Source: Euryarchaeota archaeon UBA60
Lineage (GTDB): Archaea; Thermoplasmatota; Poseidoniia; Poseidoniales; Poseidoniaceae
Assembly (NCBI GenBank): GCA_002503395.1
Contig: DARQ01000053.1
Location: forward strand, 260-28,334
DNA: 28,075 bases
Reading direction: 5' to 3'
Positions within the stretch are counted from its first letter, which is position 1. Each line of letters starts with the position of its first letter. A program made the position numbers and the translations under genes. Under the pieces are notes generated by a model, which was given only the letters and a program-made list of their open reading frames with translations, was not told the origin of the DNA and searched no databases. Shown one piece after another: positions 24,367-28,075 of this stretch.

Positions 24367-25847
24367 GGCGCGGTATTCCCCTGATTGTCGTGATGGCACT
24401 GGTTATGATACTACTCGCCATTCCCGTAGTGCAGGCCACTGCGGTATCCAAGGTCGAGGCGAGTGGTCAATCCTCAAGTTACCGGAATATCAATCTGACT
24501 TGGGAGTTGGCTGGCCCAGCCGTGGAGGGTGATGGTTTCCATATCATGTTCAGCAAATCTCCCTTCGCAAACGCCAGCAATGCCACCCTTCATTCTACCG
24601 TTTTCACTGGACCTACAACTGCTCTGGCACAACCTGTTCTCGGCGAGTGGTACGATGATTGTCAGAGTAGCACGGGTGATGGTGATTGGGTGATGGTCTT
24701 CCGTGGTGAAAACGGTAGTGCGGTGGTACCGGCTGGGACAGTTGCCATCCAATGTGACCTGACCGGGATGCCGGCTGGAGAGGAAGTCTTCCTGGCTATT
24801 TGGTCGTTCGATTCGCACTTGATTTCGGATGACTTGTCAGAGGTCGTAACTGCGACTTCGACCGCGGTTGATGAATTACCACCTGATGCCGATACCCGGC
24901 CTGTATGGTTTGCCATCGGTAGTATCGCTCTGTCACTGGTCGTCCTGCTGGCGGTGCTGGGATGGAAGGAACGCACCGCGCAGGGCCGCTCGGCGATGCT
25001 TTACGTCGCCCCGGCGCTGATGGCCCTGGCTCTGCTGACCTTCTATCCGGTCGGCTACGGCATAGTTCTCTCCTTCACCGATGCAAATCAGAGCGCTCTG
25101 GGCGAGCAGTCATTCAACGGTCTGGATAATTATGTTGAGGTGTTTGGCAGCGCCGGATTCCTGCGGGTTCTCGGATTCACCCTTTTATGGACGGTGGTCA
25201 ACGTTTTCGCCCATGTCGGGATTGGCCTGGCCCTGGCGATGGCCCTGCAAGGACGGGTTAAAGGCAAGGTTGCCTACCGCACGATTCTGTTACTACCTTG
25301 GGCGATTCCGTCCTATATCACCGTCTTGATATGGCGCGGGATATTCCAATACGATGGATTATTCAATGGTCTGCTGGGTACCCAGATCGATATTCTTGGC
25401 CTGCCGGTGCCAGCAGCTGCGGCGGTGATTGTAGTAAATATCTGGCTCGGATTTCCCTTCATGATGATGGTCATCTCCGGCGCACTGCAGACCATCCCAG
25501 GCGATATCTATGAGGCCGCTGAGGTCGATGGGGTATCGACGGTATCGCAATTCCGCCATCTCACCCTGCCGATGCTCAAACCGGCGATAGTCCCTGTAGC
25601 ATTGCTCGGATTCATCTGGACTTTCAATATGTTCAACGTCATCTATCTGATGACCGACGGTGGTCCCAATCTGTGGTTTGGCGAGCCCGGCTCAACCGAC
25701 ATTCTCATCACCTACGTCTATGATGTTGCCTTCCGGCGCGGCTTGTACGGGGTTGCCGCGGCTTGGTCGGTGGTCATCTTCCTAATCTTGCTGTGGTTCT
25801 CAGCCACTTACATGAAGAAGACCAATGCCACGGGGGCGGTAGTATGA
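24363..25847 (+). CDS. malF: Sugar ABC permease (MalF-like) with an extra N-terminal extracellular domain
   Basis: ATGA overlap with the upstream gene. EAA loop 'ALQTIPGDIYEAAEVDG', plus 'LLLPWAIP', 'FNMFNVIYLMTDGGP' and 'YGVAAAWS'. A signal-like N-terminus and ~150 soluble residues precede the first permease TM. Confidence 0.85.
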   Translation: MRRGIPLIVVMALVMILLAIPVVQATAVSKVEASGQSSSYRNINLTWELAGPAVEGDGFHIMFSKSPFANASNATLHSTVFTGPTTALAQPVLGEWYDDCQSSTGDGDWVMVFRGENGSAVVPAGTVAIQCDLTGMPAGEEVFLAIWSFDSHLISDDLSEVVTATSTAVDELPPDADTRPVWFAIGSIALSLVVLLAVLGWKERTAQGRSAMLYVAPALMALALLTFYPVGYGIVLSFTDANQSALGEQSFNGLDNYVEVFGSAGFLRVLGFTLLWTVVNVFAHVGIGLALAMALQGRVKGKVAYRTILLLPWAIPSYITVLIWRGIFQYDGLFNGLLGTQIDILGLPVPAAAAVIVVNIWLGFPFMMMVISGALQTIPGDIYEAAEVDGVSTVSQFRHLTLPMLKPAIVPVALLGFIWTFNMFNVIYLMTDGGPNLWFGEPGSTDILITYVYDVAFRRGLYGVAAAWSVVIFLILLWFSATYMKKTNATGAVV

Positions 25848-27103
25848 GTGACTTGGCGATTCGCTGGTTCATACCACTGGAATTGCGAATACTGAGCGGG
25901 ATGAGTTTACTGTCCTGTGCATTGTTATTGGTGGTTCTGTTATTCGATTACCTGCGCGGTGATTATGATTCGATGTTGATCCACTGGTTGGGAATGTTGG
26001 CCCTGTCGGTGATGATTCTGACCAGCATTGACCATACTGAGGAAGGGCGCACCAAGCGGCGCGATATGGGCTTGATTACTTCTGGAATCACCCTTGCCTG
26101 CGGCATTACCGGACTGTTTATTCGTGGTCAAGAGTACTTGTTGGTCGACCTTTGGGCGGCGCTGGTATTACTCATCCCGGGACTTTCCGGTCTGTATCTG
26201 CTATCCTCTCCCGTTGTCTCGCGCTGGGTTGATTCCACCTTGGAACGCGCCGAGGCCGAAGCTGGGTTGGCACGCAATCGCCTACTCCTGCCAAAGTGGC
26301 AGGCAGGACTGAAACACGTGGTGTTGCTACATGTCGTCGCAGTGGTCATGATTCCGGTGCTGTGGATTATCGATGTAGCGATTTCACCTGGCGATGCATT
26401 GCAGGGCGGGACGCTGTTCTCCAGTCCGACCGGTGAGCATTTCAGCAATATTCTCGGCGGTGAGAACTTCTGGAGGTGGGCGCGGAACTCGGTGATTGTC
26501 AGCATCGGTACCACAATACTAGGGCTGTGTCTGGCGATTCCTGCCGGCTACGCCTTCTCCCGCTACCGCTTCAAAGGCCGCGGGGCGATGATGTTCACCT
26601 TCCTCTTGGTGCAGATGTTCCCTGGAATCATCATCCTGGTGCCGTACTTCATGGTGATGAAGTCGCTCGGCCTGCTGAACACCGCAATCGGACTGATTCT
26701 AGCGTATTCCGTCACCGCTCTACCGTTATGTGTATGGATGTTGAAGGGCTTCTTCGATACTGTGCCTAAAGAGTTGGAAGAGGCGGCATTACTCGATGGT
26801 TGTAGTCAGTTTGGGGTGTTTTATCGGATAATATTGCCTTTAAGTCTCCCCGCAATTGCAGTCACAGCGCTATTTTCATTCCTAGCAGCATGGAATGAGT
26901 TCCTATTGGCCCTGACCTTCAATACCAGCGATGAAATGTTCACCTTACCGGTCGGACTGGCCTCATATATTTCTGCGACCGATGCGGCGTGGGGTGACTT
27001 CGCAGCGATGTCACTGTTGGTGGCGATTCCAGTGGTATTGCTATTCATCGTATTCCAGAAATTCCTCATCGAGGGATTGACTGCTGGGAGTGTTAAGGGT
27101 TGA
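25844..27103 (+). CDS. malG: Sugar ABC permease (MalG-like) with a ~150-aa N-terminal 4-TM extension
   Basis: ATG 25844 overlaps the upstream stop (ATGA). Motifs 'WARNSVIVS', 'AGYAFSRYRFKGR', 'QMFPGII', EAA loop 'FDTVPKELEEAALLDG', 'AWNEF' and 'QKFLIEGLTAGSVKG'. Confidence 0.88.
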   Translation: MSDLAIRWFIPLELRILSGMSLLSCALLLVVLLFDYLRGDYDSMLIHWLGMLALSVMILTSIDHTEEGRTKRRDMGLITSGITLACGITGLFIRGQEYLLVDLWAALVLLIPGLSGLYLLSSPVVSRWVDSTLERAEAEAGLARNRLLLPKWQAGLKHVVLLHVVAVVMIPVLWIIDVAISPGDALQGGTLFSSPTGEHFSNILGGENFWRWARNSVIVSIGTTILGLCLAIPAGYAFSRYRFKGRGAMMFTFLLVQMFPGIIILVPYFMVMKSLGLLNTAIGLILAYSVTALPLCVWMLKGFFDTVPKELEEAALLDGCSQFGVFYRIILPLSLPAIAVTALFSFLAAWNEFLLALTFNTSDEMFTLPVGLASYISATDAAWGDFAAMSLLVAIPVVLLFIVFQKFLIEGLTAGSVKG

Positions 27104-27116
27104 AGGAGATGCAATA

Positions 27117-27890
27117 ATGAGTGGTGTGAATTTTATTGACGTGGCGAAGACATATGAGGATGGCACTAGAGCCGTGAAGGGTCTGAATCTAGAGGTGAAG
27201 TCGGGAGAATTCCTGGTTTTAGTTGGACCTTCGGGCTGTGGAAAGACGACCACATTGCGGATGCTGGCTGGGCTTGAGGAAGTAAGCGAGGGTGAGATAC
27301 GAATCGACGGCGCCAAAGTCAATGACCTCCCACCGAAAGCCCGTGACATTGGTATGGTATTCCAATCATATGCGCTCTATCCACACAAATCGGTCGAGCA
27401 GAATCTCACCTTTGGAATGGAGATGATGAAGGGTCAAGAGGCGCTTTCAGGTAACGAAATCGACTCCCGGGTAAAGGAGATTAGTAATCTATTGGGCATC
27501 GCCGAATTGCTCGGCAAACGTCCCAAGGAATTGTCTGGCGGTCAGCGCCAGCGAGTGGCGCTGGGCCGAGCTTTGATTCGCCGCCCAAAGGTCCTGCTGA
27601 TGGATGAGCCGTTATCGAATCTCGACGCAAAATTACGCAATCAGATGCGCATAGAATTGCGTCGCCTGCATGAGGAACACGGCACCACTACAGTTTATGT
27701 CACCCACGACCAGATTGAGGCGATGACCTTGGCCGACCGCATTGTGATAATGGATGGCGGAGAATTACAACAACATGCGACCCCCCAGGTGTGCTATAAT
27801 AATCCGGCCAATGATTTCGTCCGGGAATTCCTGTGCCAGCATATCGATGAGATGGTCGATACCGCCAACCAGATTGTAAGCAAGAGGTGA
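27117..27890 (+). CDS. malK: Sugar ABC ATP-binding subunit (MalK/MsmX-like), lacking the C-terminal OB/TOBE domain
   Basis: Walker A GPSGCGKT, Q-loop 'VFQSYALYPH', signature LSGGQ, Walker B 'LLMDEP' and H-loop 'VTHDQ'. SD AAGGAG at 27103-27108. Length 257 aa. Confidence 0.9.
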   Translation: MSGVNFIDVAKTYEDGTRAVKGLNLEVKSGEFLVLVGPSGCGKTTTLRMLAGLEEVSEGEIRIDGAKVNDLPPKARDIGMVFQSYALYPHKSVEQNLTFGMEMMKGQEALSGNEIDSRVKEISNLLGIAELLGKRPKELSGGQRQRVALGRALIRRPKVLLMDEPLSNLDAKLRNQMRIELRRLHEEHGTTTVYVTHDQIEAMTLADRIVIMDGGELQQHATPQVCYNNPANDFVREFLCQHIDEMVDTANQIVSKR

Positions 27891-27894
27891 AACG

Positions 27895-28075
27895 ATGTCG
27901 AGTCGGCAGAAATCCATACTGCTGGTTTTTCTGCTGCTGGCCCAGTCCTGGTTGTTTATTCAGGTGCAACCGACCACATCTGCGGAAGGGGAAGGGGAGG
28001 GGGCTGGTGATCCTCTGCGAGTGCGTAGTGCGATGACTGAATTCAGGTGGCAGCCTTCGTCTGGTGGGGTGCTAC
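27895..28075 (+). CDS. Start of a secreted protein (3'-truncated by the window; not in the ORF track)
   Basis: SD GAGGTGA at 27884-27890 and ATG 27895. Translation MSSRQKSILLVFLLLAQSWLFIQVQPTTSAEGEGEGAGDPLRVRSAMTEFRWQPSSGGVL is open to the window end and has a classic Sec signal (n/h/c regions, T-S-A cleavage). Confidence 0.8.
   Translation, partial: MSSRQKSILLVFLLLAQSWLFIQVQPTTSAEGEGEGAGDPLRVRSAMTEFRWQPSSGGVL

Noticed and set aside
4327-27116. Longer ORF-track starts at 4327, 7969, 22918, 25763 and 27090
   Set aside because: The downstream ATGs (4363, 8008, 23062, 25844, 27117) have SD sites or ATGA coupling and give proper signal or TM N-termini. The longer versions mostly overlap upstream genes.
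205-27969. Numerous short ORFs in the track nested in or antisense to the long genes
   Set aside because: These are shadow ORFs expected from codon bias in ~55% GC coding DNA. None has a recognisable domain.
1-28075. Mobile elements, tRNA, rRNA
   Set aside because: No transposase or integrase motifs, terminal inverted repeats with target duplications, cloverleafs or rRNA-like sequence were seen.

Overview
Archaeal window. The evidence is an archaeal Pilin_N/DUF1628 motif, GGTGA-type Shine-Dalgarno sites and TATA-like boxes. The gene content and style suggest Thermoplasmatota, most likely Marine Group II/Poseidoniales, which is an inference. All credible genes lie on the + strand, in this order: (1) a 5'-truncated FtsX/MacB-type ABC permease with a beta-propeller-like insert; (2) a ~1040-aa CARDB/PKD/FN3-like membrane-anchored surface protein; (3) a ~510-bp intergenic region with short repeats; (4) a ~4690-aa giant surface protein; (5) a densely base-paired ~270-nt intergenic element; (6) a translationally coupled HAD phosphatase plus MalEFGK-like sugar ABC operon with unusual domain additions and losses; (7) the start of a secreted protein missing from the ORF track. 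The main finding is the C-terminus of the giant protein. It carries an archaeosortase-like VPSFAP-TM-RR signal and an acidic cytoplasmic linker, followed in frame by a complete archaeal type IV prepilin. This suggests an adhesin-pilin polyprotein split by prepilin peptidase. The giant protein also has a WapA-like N-terminal module without RHS repeats, two apparently circularly permuted domains, an intact type-1 blue-copper domain inserted in a beta-helix, and a DOMON/CBM9-like sugar-binding domain. No mobile element, CRISPR array, tRNA or rRNA was found. All domain calls come from motif recognition by eye, not from database searches.
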